Assembly (NCBI GenBank): GCA_047975025.1
Contig: JBKECY010000050.1
Coordinates: 38,055-102,054, forward strand
Reading direction: 5' to 3'
Length of the DNA stretch: 64,000 nt
From: Lachnospiraceae bacterium
Lineage (GTDB): Bacteria; Bacillota; Clostridia; Lachnospirales; Lachnospiraceae
Each line of letters begins with the position of its first letter. Position 1 is the stretch's first letter. Made by a program: the position numbers and the translations under genes. Shown here piece by piece: positions 10,173 to 19,285 of the stretch. The notes under the pieces are model-generated. The model had not been told where the DNA came from, searched no databases, and saw nothing but the letters and a program-made list of their open reading frames with translations.

Positions 10173-11081
10173 ATGAAAAATAGAAAGAGGAATGGAATGA
10201 GTAAATCGCTCGTGTTTCCAAAACGACTGTATTTTTTTATCATACCTGCATTGGCCATGTTCTTAGTATTTTGGATTTTTCCTGTATTTCAGTTGTTTTA
10301 TTATAGTTTTACGAATTTTAATGGTGTGAACTATAATTATGATTTCATAGGTCTGAAAAATTTTGTGTCAATTTTTAAAGACGGAACTATGATTAATTCG
10401 CTGAGAAATACACTGCTGTATGCCTTTGTTATGGTCGTACTCAGCAATCTGATCGGACTGGCGCTTGCCATGGCCTTAAATGTAAAGTTAAGAGGAAAGG
10501 GAATCTTTCGTACACTTTCCTATATTCCGGCACTATTTAGTGCCATTGTCGTTGGGTTTATATGGTCTTATGTATATATGCCTGATACCGGTATGATTTC
10601 CTCGATTTTAAATGCGGTTGGGGTAGATGGAAGCAGCTTTAATGTACTGGGAGATTATAAAACAGCCTTATTTGCCATCGCCATCGTGGAGGTATGGAAG
10701 GGGTTTGGTACAACGATGATTATTTACCTGGCGGGTCTGCAGACAGTGGATGAAAGTCTGATTGAAGCGGGCAGGATAGACGGATGCAGTGAATGGCAGC
10801 TGATCCGAAAAATCAAACTTCCGCTGATTTCTTCTACGATTACGATCAATGTAATTCTAAGTGTTATCGGGGGCCTTAAGGCATTTGATTATGCATTTAT
10901 CATGACAAATGGGGGTCCGGGAAAGTCAACTAATACTCTGATGTATACGGTCTATAAAATTGCATTTTCCGACCAGATGATGGGAAAAGCCAGTGCGCTC
11001 TCAGTCGTGTCGTTTATATTTATAATTGCCATTACAATTCTAATGCTGGTCATCATGAATAAGAGGGAGGTGGAACTATAA
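10173..11081 (+). CDS. ABC sugar transporter permease (MalF/LacF-like, BPD_transp_1)
   Basis: 302 aa with six hydrophobic segments and an EAA-like loop (IEAGRIDGCSEWQLIRKIKLP). GGAGA Shine-Dalgarno sequence upstream. Confidence 0.88.
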   Translation: MKNRKRNGMSKSLVFPKRLYFFIIPALAMFLVFWIFPVFQLFYYSFTNFNGVNYNYDFIGLKNFVSIFKDGTMINSLRNTLLYAFVMVVLSNLIGLALAMALNVKLRGKGIFRTLSYIPALFSAIVVGFIWSYVYMPDTGMISSILNAVGVDGSSFNVLGDYKTALFAIAIVEVWKGFGTTMIIYLAGLQTVDESLIEAGRIDGCSEWQLIRKIKLPLISSTITINVILSVIGGLKAFDYAFIMTNGGPGKSTNTLMYTVYKIAFSDQMMGKASALSVVSFIFIIAITILMLVIMNKREVEL

Positions 11082-11943
11082 TGGCAAAGGAAAAGACATA
11101 CAGAGAAATAGAAAAGAAAGGCTGACAGTAAAGATTCTGCTTCTGTATATTGTACTTATACTCTTTTGTGCAGTAGTCATTGCACCGCTTCTCATCGTGC
11201 TTTCAAGCTCCTTAAGAGAACCGGGAAATATGCGGTCGCCACTTGAGCTTTTCGTGCAATTTTCATTAGACAGCTATATTAGTGCATTTACCAGAATGAA
11301 TTACCCGGTTCAACTTATGAACAGTATCATGACAACAGGTGGTTCGGTACTCTTAATCGTACTGTTTGCAACAATGGCGGCCTACCCGATTTCCAGGATA
11401 AAATCCAGAACCAGCAGGTTCTTGTACTATTTTTTTATCGCAGGCCTCGTGATTCCGGCACAGATGGTTATTGTTCCGATTGCACAAATGTTTGGTAATC
11501 TGGCAATTCCCAATACGCGATTTACACCAATGATTATGTTTATAACCTGCAGTATGCCATTTTCAGTCTTTTTATATGCCGGGTTTATGAAAAGTGTGCC
11601 GATTGAAATCGAAGAATCTGCATATCTGGACGGTGCGGGACCATGGACCCGATTCGTTACAGTCGTATTTCCACTCTTAAAACCGGCAACTGTTTCAGTA
11701 GTCATCACGCAGGGACTTTGGATTTGGAATGACTATTTCTTCCCAATGGTATTTGTATCAAAGTCGAGCCAGTACTCGCTCCCTGTGGGAATGATTCAAT
11801 TTCTGGGTGATCGTGAAAATCCGGCACAGTGGAATACGTTATTTGCTGCTTGCGTACTCTGTGCATTGCCTCTGATTATTTTGTTTCTGGCATTGCAGAA
11901 ACAGTTTGTAAATGGAATCGCAGCGGGAGCCGTCAAAGGATAG
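11081..11943 (+). pseudogene. ABC sugar transporter permease (MalG/LacG-like), N-terminus out of frame (-1) in an A-rich stretch
   Basis: The ATG at 11081 overlaps the upstream stop (TAATG) and reads MAKEKTYREIEKKG* (stop at 11123). The adjacent frame continues RLTVKILLLYIVLILFCAVVIAPLL... (TM1) into ORF 11197..11943, which carries the EAA loop (EESAYLDGAGPWTRFVTVVFPLLKP). Confidence 0.8.
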
Positions 11944-11968
11944 CACTAACTAAGAAGGTGGAATAAGG

Positions 11969-14215
11969 ATGGATGAGAAAATTTGGAAAGACCCCAAAGC
12001 AGAGAAGTCTTTGGATTACAGTCAGTCGCCGCTTTGGTTCTGGAATGACAAACTAGAACATGAAGAGCTTGTTCGGCAGCTGGAAATGATGACAAATGTA
12101 GGAGTGACAAGCACAATCCCACATGCCAGAGGGAACATGGGAGAGGGCTATATAGGTGGGTACTTAGACGAAGAATGGTTCGAGAAGATTCATACGGTTC
12201 TAAAGTACAAAAGAGCTCATGGAGAACCCTGTTGGCTATATGATGAATTCGATTGGCCGGCAGGAACTTGTAATAAGACGATTACAAAAGAAGAAAAGTA
12301 TAGAGAACAGTATATCAGCTTTCAAAAGTATGAATTGCGAGAAGGGGAAGAGTTTCGCTGTCAGCTGACTGATTATGCTGGAAAACCAATGTTTACGGTG
12401 ACAAAAGATACGGATCTGAGGGAATATTGCTTTAATGTTTATATACTGGATGCAAATGGTCAAAAGCAGGATATCATGGAATTTCTGGTATTCAGTAAGT
12501 TTGGTCCTACCGTAGAATTTGTGGCGGCAAAGGACTTGGTTGTATATATTGCCGAAATTCGGATAGACCCATATGAAATGGGTGGTGCTGAAGCGGTCAA
12601 TTACCTGGATGACAAAGCGACTAAAGCATTCCTTAATTCTACCTATGAGCCATATTATGAGCGCTTCTCAGAATATTTCGGTTCTACCATTAAGGCAGTA
12701 TTCAATGATGAAACCAGAATGTGCCATGCATTTGCCTGGAGCAGTACGTTTGCTGCTGAATTCAGTAAGGAAAAGGGATATGATCTGCTGCCACTGCTAG
12801 TGGATCTTGTTCTGCCGGGAGAAGAGGCGGGACGCACCAGATGTGACTATTTTGATGTTCTGGCAGGGCTGTACCAAAAGAATTATTTTGGTGTGCTCAG
12901 ACAATGGTGCGAGGAACATGATATCGCTCTGTATGCACATCTGCTGGGAGAAGAAACTTTGGCTGCTCAAGTGCGGTTCAGCGGGGATATGATGCGGCAA
13001 TACCGCTATATGACCTGGCCGGGTCTAGATCATCTGGGGAAAGGAATCGGCAGTCTAAATGCCAAATTCGGCGACTCAGCGTCCAGAAGCTATGGTCTGG
13101 AGAACTATGGTGTTGAAGTGTTTGCCGGTTGTGGCTGGGAGTTGACATTTGAAGAGTATATCCGTATGATCTGCTGGATGTTTCAGCAGGGGTTACAGGT
13201 GATTATTAATCATGGATTCTTTTATTCCACACGAGGGAGACGCAAGGATGATTGGCCGCCTTCGCAGTTCGTTCAATGGCAGGGATACGAAAGGATGGAA
13301 GAGGGAAATGCCTTAGTCAGGCGTCTGCATTATGCACTTTCAGGCGGGACACCAGAAGTAGATGTACTGATTTATCATCCGACAGAAGCCTTCTGGATGC
13401 ACTACATCGGAGATGAAAAGTTCAAGCACGGATATGCGAGAGGGCCGTTGATTAAAGGGGACAGAGCCGCGCTTATTGACCGGGAATTGCAAATCTTTTT
13501 AAATGAAATGAGCCAATGTAATATAGATTTTGATATGTTTCATAAGGACGTACTGGCACATTATGAAGTCGTAAATGGGAAGATTCGAAATACATGTAAC
13601 GGTGAAGAATACAAAGTCCTTGTACTTCCAATGTGTGATGTACTGCCGTACGAAGCTGTTGAACTTCTGTCTGCATTTGCGGAAGCGGGAGGACAGATCA
13701 TTGCATTGGAGGGGCGGCCAAACTATGCCATGCCCAAGGAACGGGACGAGGATCTAAGATGCGAGATGCAGCGGCTCATACAATGCGGTAAGATAAAGCT
13801 GGTTGGGCTTGCCGATAAAAAGGATATGTTTGCTGAAATTGCTGCCATAATTGATGCTCCGGTAAAGATTATTGAAGGCAGAAGTACGAATCAAAACAAT
13901 CATCTCTGTTATGAGAAGTTTTTGGAAGATCCCTATATGCATGGAGGAGAAGACCTTACCGGGATCTCGTTTATTCGATATCGAAAAGATAAAAAAAGAA
14001 TCACCTATTTTATGAATTATGGGAACAAACCGGAAGAAATTACGGTCGCACTAGCCGGAGCAAAGTCAGCGCAGCTTTGGAATCCGCTTACGGGAGATAT
14101 TACAATTCCCCAAAGTCTGGAAAGTGCTATGGAAAATACTGCTTCAGTGCGGTTCACAGTACCATCTGATTTCGGTGTGCTCTTAGTAACAGAGGTAGAT
14201 ACATGCGTATTGTAG
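11969..14215 (+). CDS. Glycoside-hydrolase-like protein; I cannot assign the family by eye
   Basis: 748 aa and cytoplasmic (no signal peptide). N-terminal PLWFWNDKL..EEL..QLEMM...G motif followed by WLYDEFDWPAG, which I recall from poorly characterised sugar-hydrolase families. It lies between the ABC importer and GH3 genes. Confidence 0.5.
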   Translation: MDEKIWKDPKAEKSLDYSQSPLWFWNDKLEHEELVRQLEMMTNVGVTSTIPHARGNMGEGYIGGYLDEEWFEKIHTVLKYKRAHGEPCWLYDEFDWPAGTCNKTITKEEKYREQYISFQKYELREGEEFRCQLTDYAGKPMFTVTKDTDLREYCFNVYILDANGQKQDIMEFLVFSKFGPTVEFVAAKDLVVYIAEIRIDPYEMGGAEAVNYLDDKATKAFLNSTYEPYYERFSEYFGSTIKAVFNDETRMCHAFAWSSTFAAEFSKEKGYDLLPLLVDLVLPGEEAGRTRCDYFDVLAGLYQKNYFGVLRQWCEEHDIALYAHLLGEETLAAQVRFSGDMMRQYRYMTWPGLDHLGKGIGSLNAKFGDSASRSYGLENYGVEVFAGCGWELTFEEYIRMICWMFQQGLQVIINHGFFYSTRGRRKDDWPPSQFVQWQGYERMEEGNALVRRLHYALSGGTPEVDVLIYHPTEAFWMHYIGDEKFKHGYARGPLIKGDRAALIDRELQIFLNEMSQCNIDFDMFHKDVLAHYEVVNGKIRNTCNGEEYKVLVLPMCDVLPYEAVELLSAFAEAGGQIIALEGRPNYAMPKERDEDLRCEMQRLIQCGKIKLVGLADKKDMFAEIAAIIDAPVKIIEGRSTNQNNHLCYEKFLEDPYMHGGEDLTGISFIRYRKDKKRITYFMNYGNKPEEITVALAGAKSAQLWNPLTGDITIPQSLESAMENTASVRFTVPSDFGVLLVTEVDTCVL

Positions 14216-14227
14216 GAGGTAGGACTC

Positions 14228-16459
14228 ATGTATGAAACAATTATCAGTAAAATGACGTTAGAAGAAAAAGCAGCTCTTTGTTCCGGACAGGATTTTTGGC
14301 ATACTAAGGGAATCGAACGGTTGGATATTCCTTCCGTCATGGTATGTGACGGACCTCATGGATTGAGAAAGCAAGCAGAAGACGCAGATCATCTTGGAAT
14401 CAATGACAGCATAGAAGCTGTGTGCTTTCCCGCAGCATGTGCCACTGCTTGTACATTTGACCGGGAGCTTATGCAGCAGATGGGAGAAATACTGGGGACA
14501 GAGTGTCAGGCAGAGCGTGTAGCTGTGTTATTAGGGCCGGCGGTCAATATTAAAAGATCGCCCCTGTGTGGCAGAAATTTTGAATATGTATCGGAAGATC
14601 CCTATATAACCGGAGAGTTGGCGGCAGCCTATATTGAAGGAGTACAGTCAAAAGATGTGGGAACTTCTATTAAACACTTTGCAGCAAACAATCAGGAACA
14701 TGAAAGAATGTCCGGCTCATCTGAAGTGGATGAGAGGACCTTGCGTGAAATCTATTTCCCGGCTTTTGAGACTGCGGTCAAAAAATCCCAGCCTTGGACT
14801 GTTATGTGTTCCTATAATAGGTTAAATGGAATCTATGCATCTGAAAACGAGTGGCTCTTGCGTGACATACTTAAGAAAGAATGGGGATTTCAAGGCTATG
14901 TCATGTCTGACTGGGGGGCAGTCAGCGACCGGGTCAAAGGGTTGCAGGCAGGGCTGGAATTAGAAATGCCTGCCAGCGATGGAACGAATGATAGGGAAAT
15001 TGTACAAGCGGTCAAGGAGGGCAGAATTTCTGAATCTGTCGTGAATCAGGCTGTCGAGAGAATGCTGCGAGTCCTGTTTCAGTATCAAGACCACAGTATA
15101 CAGTCAATATTTGACAGAGATGCGGATCATAAGAAAGCAGCAGAAATTGCAAAGAGAAGCATAGTATTGCTCAAAAATAATGGGGTGCTGCCATTACAAA
15201 AACAGGCCAAAAACATACTGTTTGTCGGGGGATTCGCTGAGACTCCCAGATATCAGGGCGGCGGCAGTTCCCATATTAATGCGCACCAGGTGGTAAGTGC
15301 AATGGAGGCAGCAAAGCCTTATGGAGATATTGCCTATGCTAAAGGGTTCAGCAGTCAAGAGGACAGGACAGAGCAAACTTTGTGTTTAGAAGCAATTGAA
15401 GCAGCAAAGCGGGCTGAGACTGTTGTGATTTTTGCGGGGCTTCCTGATGTATTTGAATCGGAAGGCTATGACAGGGTTCATATGCGCCTGCCAGAATGTC
15501 AGGATGTATTAATTGAAGAAATTTGCAAAGTCAATAAACATGTTGTAGTGGTACTGCACAACGGGTCCCCGATAGAAATGACATGGATTCATCATGTGTC
15601 CGCAGTTGTTGAGGCGTATTTGGGCGGAGAAGGTGTTGGGGAGGCGGTAATATCTGTTATATATGGAGACACGAACCCAAGCGGAAAACTTGCGGAGACA
15701 TTTCCTCTGCGCCTGGAAGATACTCCTTCTTACCTGAATTTTCCGGGGGCAAATGAAAAGGTGAACTATCAGGAAGGGATTTTCGTAGGTTATCGTTATT
15801 ACGACACAAAAGATATGGAAGTACTGTTCCCATTTGGACATGGGCTTAGTTATACCACGTTTGCGTATAGCAATCTGAAGGCGGATATCGTATATCCCGA
15901 GGGTACGCCAGAGGTGCAGGTGACTCTGGATATTACAAATACAGGTGAGGTTGAAGGGCGCGAGATCGTGCAGCTCTATATCAGAGATCTGACACAGCAG
16001 ACCATTCGGCCATTTCAGGAACTAAAAGGGTTCCAAAGTGTCAATCTGCTGCCTCATGAGACCAAGACAGTTACGATGCAGTTAGACAGCCGGGCATTTG
16101 CCTGGTATAGTGAGCAAATCAAAGACTGGTTTGTTGGAACAGGGACTTATGTAATTGCTGTGGGAAAATCCTCCAGAGATATTATGCTGGAAAAAGAAAT
16201 AGAAATCAGAGGGGGTCAGGAACTTCCCTTTACGGTTACGAAAGACGTAACCTTGGGAGAATTGACCAAACATCCTGCAGCAAGAGAATATGTGAAGGAG
16301 AATATCCTGGATACACTCACCATGTTTTCCGGCATCGAACAAGAGATGCAGGATGCTATGATAAAATACATGCCGCTTCGTGCGCTAAGAAGCTTTGGGG
16401 CAGTTTCTAATGAGGAAATTGACAAGTTTGTAGCGGATCTGAAAAAGCTTTTAGAGTGA
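14228..16459 (+). CDS. Glycoside hydrolase family 3 beta-glucosidase (BglX-like, with C-terminal Fn3-like domain)
   Basis: 743 aa. GH3 signatures include KHFAANNQE and the nucleophile motif MSDWGA. It has the three-domain GH3 length and no signal peptide. Confidence 0.9.
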   Translation: MYETIISKMTLEEKAALCSGQDFWHTKGIERLDIPSVMVCDGPHGLRKQAEDADHLGINDSIEAVCFPAACATACTFDRELMQQMGEILGTECQAERVAVLLGPAVNIKRSPLCGRNFEYVSEDPYITGELAAAYIEGVQSKDVGTSIKHFAANNQEHERMSGSSEVDERTLREIYFPAFETAVKKSQPWTVMCSYNRLNGIYASENEWLLRDILKKEWGFQGYVMSDWGAVSDRVKGLQAGLELEMPASDGTNDREIVQAVKEGRISESVVNQAVERMLRVLFQYQDHSIQSIFDRDADHKKAAEIAKRSIVLLKNNGVLPLQKQAKNILFVGGFAETPRYQGGGSSHINAHQVVSAMEAAKPYGDIAYAKGFSSQEDRTEQTLCLEAIEAAKRAETVVIFAGLPDVFESEGYDRVHMRLPECQDVLIEEICKVNKHVVVVLHNGSPIEMTWIHHVSAVVEAYLGGEGVGEAVISVIYGDTNPSGKLAETFPLRLEDTPSYLNFPGANEKVNYQEGIFVGYRYYDTKDMEVLFPFGHGLSYTTFAYSNLKADIVYPEGTPEVQVTLDITNTGEVEGREIVQLYIRDLTQQTIRPFQELKGFQSVNLLPHETKTVTMQLDSRAFAWYSEQIKDWFVGTGTYVIAVGKSSRDIMLEKEIEIRGGQELPFTVTKDVTLGELTKHPAAREYVKENILDTLTMFSGIEQEMQDAMIKYMPLRALRSFGAVSNEEIDKFVADLKKLLE

Positions 16460-16595
16460 AGAACCTCCCTCCTTTGAGAAAATATATCAACAGCATTAAA
16501 AAAAGGGAAATCATGTTTACAAAAAAACTCTCATAGTGTAGACTGCAAGCTGGATTATAGGATAATAATGGACTATAGAAAGGGCAGGCAGTACA

Positions 16596-17138
16596 GTGAG
16601 ATTTCAAAGATTTGCATTAAAAGATATAGTGTTTCTGGCGATTATGGCGGCAGCATTGCTGTTGCTGGGGGCGATTTCCATGCCACTTATGGGCGTCCGG
16701 ATCTTCGGTATTCAGACATTGCTTACAGGACCGTTGTATGCAGTAATGACAGTGATAGCGCTGACGAAGGTACCAAAGCCAGGAGCACTTATTTTATTGG
16801 GCTTTTTTAACGGAATTATTCTTTTTATGATGAGTCCGATCATGTTGTTGTCAATGTTGGTCGGGGCGGTCCTTTCAGAGGCGGTCGTTGCGGTTATTTT
16901 CAGAGGATTTGACTCACCCAAGGCCAGATGCCTGGCAGCAGCGTTGTTTATCCCGCTTTCTTTACCGGGACAGCTCCTATTCTATGGAGTTTTAGATCCG
17001 GAAGCATGGGGGGAGCTGCAGCACCAGCCTCTTATGACCGTCATCATTGTAGCCGCTACGGTTCTGCTGAGTGCCCTGGGTGCCTGGGTAGGACAAAAAA
17101 TCGCTAAGGAATTGCAAAAAGCAGGAAAGTTGAAATAA
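16596..17138 (+). CDS. Putative ECF-transporter substrate-capture (S) component, Trep_Strep/MptD-like small membrane protein
   Basis: 180 aa, about 6 TM segments, strongly basic C-terminus (KIAKELQKAGKLK). It sits directly upstream of the EcfT and ATPase genes. The family name is from memory. Confidence 0.55.
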   Translation: MRFQRFALKDIVFLAIMAAALLLLGAISMPLMGVRIFGIQTLLTGPLYAVMTVIALTKVPKPGALILLGFFNGIILFMMSPIMLLSMLVGAVLSEAVVAVIFRGFDSPKARCLAAALFIPLSLPGQLLFYGVLDPEAWGELQHQPLMTVIIVAATVLLSALGAWVGQKIAKELQKAGKLK

Positions 17139-17140
17139 AT

Positions 17141-17821
17141 ATGACCGGAATACAGACTCAGAATTCGCTACACCCATTCATAGCCATTGCAGGCTCCATC
17201 GCCATGCTGATTACGGGACTGGCCTTAGCCAGAAGCCCGTATTTTATGGTGCTTTTGTTGGCATATGCACTTTTGCTGCTCGGATTTGGCTATTGGGACA
17301 TTTTATGGAAAGTATTGCTCGTATTTATTACGGTGGGTGCCATCATAGGGACAATAACCTTTTTATTTACATCGGATGCAACGCGCATTCTGCAGATGAT
17401 GGGGCGCATTGTTGTTATGGGCTTGGCGGCAATTCCGCTCGTGACCATGCCGCCCATACGGCTGACGCGTTGTCTGGCACAGGTACACTGTCCCAGAACA
17501 ATTACACTTGGAATCTTGATTGTATCGAGATTCTTCCCCCTTATGCAGAGGGAATGTCAGCAGATACGTCAGGCCATGCGTACCAGAGGAGCCAGTGTCG
17601 CCTGGTACCGGCCGTCCTGTCTGTATCGTGCTTTTTTGATTCCGTTGCTGACGAGGCTGGTCAATATATCGGATACATTAACACTTTCTCTCGAAACGAG
17701 AGGTTTTGAATTAGGGGGGCTGCCGGCAACGATTTATGAGCCGGTCGCTTTGCGCAGTCGGGATAAGCTTTTTGCAGGAATCTTAGTTCTTCTGCTGGGA
17801 GGAATGGTGATCGCAGGATGA
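17141..17821 (+). CDS. ECF transporter transmembrane (T) component, CbiQ/EcfT family
   Basis: 226 aa membrane protein with the two Ala-Arg-Gly-type coupling motifs (AMRTRG, LETRGF). Its end overlaps the ATPase start. Confidence 0.8.
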   Translation: MTGIQTQNSLHPFIAIAGSIAMLITGLALARSPYFMVLLLAYALLLLGFGYWDILWKVLLVFITVGAIIGTITFLFTSDATRILQMMGRIVVMGLAAIPLVTMPPIRLTRCLAQVHCPRTITLGILIVSRFFPLMQRECQQIRQAMRTRGASVAWYRPSCLYRAFLIPLLTRLVNISDTLTLSLETRGFELGGLPATIYEPVALRSRDKLFAGILVLLLGGMVIAG

Positions 17822-19285
17822 AACATGCAGCAATCGCATTGGAAAACGTGAGCTTTACATATTTTGGAAGCAGCCAGCCGGTATTAACCGATCTCACCTG
17901 TGAGATCCCCTATGGCGCCCTTACTGTTATTTCCGGAGCTTCGGGAGAGGGCAAGACCACGCTTCTGTCAATTTTAAACGGAAGCATACCTCGTGTGACG
18001 GATGGGACGCTGACCGGGACAATTTGGCTCGATGGTCAGGATAGCCGGGAACTGTCTATGGGAGCCATTTCCCATTATATTGGAAGTGTTCTGCAAAATG
18101 CAGAGGATCAGATCATACATAGCAGAGTAGAAGATGAAGTTGCCTTTGGCTGCGAAAATATGGCAGTGCCGGCAGATGAAATACAGGAGCGTGTCGCAAA
18201 AGCGCTGGAACGCATGGAACTTGGAGCGGACTGGGCGACAGAGACACTCTCAGGAGGGCAAAAGCAGCGCCTGATTACGGCGACCACCTTAGCAATGGGG
18301 CAAAAAATCGTGCTGCTGGATGAGCCTTTAGCCAATCTCGATTTAGATGGGAGTTTGCAGCTGCTTACTGTACTGAAAGATCTGGCGGCAGAAGGTTATG
18401 CGGTGCTGTTGGTAGAGCACAGATTGGATGTGACACTGCCATTTGCCAGCCGGCTGCTCTGGCTGCAGGATGGACGGCTGACTGCCTATGATGATCCGGC
18501 GGCGACTTTCTCACATGTGGAGCAGGTCATCCCCCGGGCGGACAGACTGGAGGGCACCAAGGAGCAAATACCGCTGTTTGTGCTAAAAGACGTCAGCTGT
18601 GAAATCGGTGGGGCGTATTCTCGATTCGATTAATCTTACGATCTACAAAGGTGAACGTGTGCTGCTGTTAGGAGAGAACGGGTGCGGCAAAACCACGTTA
18701 CTCAGGCTGTTGGCAACGATGGTCTACCCCAGTGAAGGGGTGTTTGAGCAAAACATCATGGAGCAGGGTCAGGTATTTGCAGATACGGAGTGGTTCCGTA
18801 AAGTTGGGTATGTATTTCAGAACCCAACCTATCAGCTGTTCATGCCATCGGTGCAGGAGGAGGTCGGATTCCGTTCCCCTTCTGAAGCGCATACAGCAGA
18901 TGTCTTGCAGCGGTTTTCCATGCAGGATATTGAGTTGAGGCACCCACAGTCGCTTTCCCAAGGACAAAAGCGCAGGGTCAGTGTAGCGGGAATCACAGCA
19001 GGCGGCCCGCAGGCGCTTCTGCTGGATGAGCCGACAGTCGGACAGGATTTTGACAATCTAAAGCGGCTGGTCGGTATCTTAGATGCAATGCAGCAGGAAC
19101 AGGAGATGACAATGGTGACGGTCACACACGATTATCGGTGTGCGGCGGTATTCGCTGACCGCGTCGTCTGGATGAAAGACGGACGCATTTATCAAATCGG
19201 TGGCCCGGAACTGGTGGAAACTTATTTTAAAGAAAGAAACCGACCACGCAGGCTCGAAGAAAAAAATGTAAGGAGACAGAAAAAA
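17818..19285 (+). pseudogene. ECF transporter duplicated ATPase (fused EcfA1-EcfA2), frame interrupted in a G4 run; the 3' end is uncertain because the frame runs into the next gene
   Basis: NBD1: GASGEGKTT, LSGGQKQR, LLDEPLANLD. NBD2: GENGCGKTT, LSQGQKRR, LLLDEPTVGQD. Deleting one G of GGGG (18610-18613) joins ...LKDVSCEIGG to RILDSINLTIYKGE... Confidence 0.8.

Noticed and set aside
9007-18613. The frame breaks could be programmed ribosomal frameshifts or phase-variation switches.
   Set aside because: There are no slippery heptamers or downstream structures. The homopolymers are only 3-4 nt, too short for slipped-strand phase variation. The affected genes are ordinary transporter subunits.
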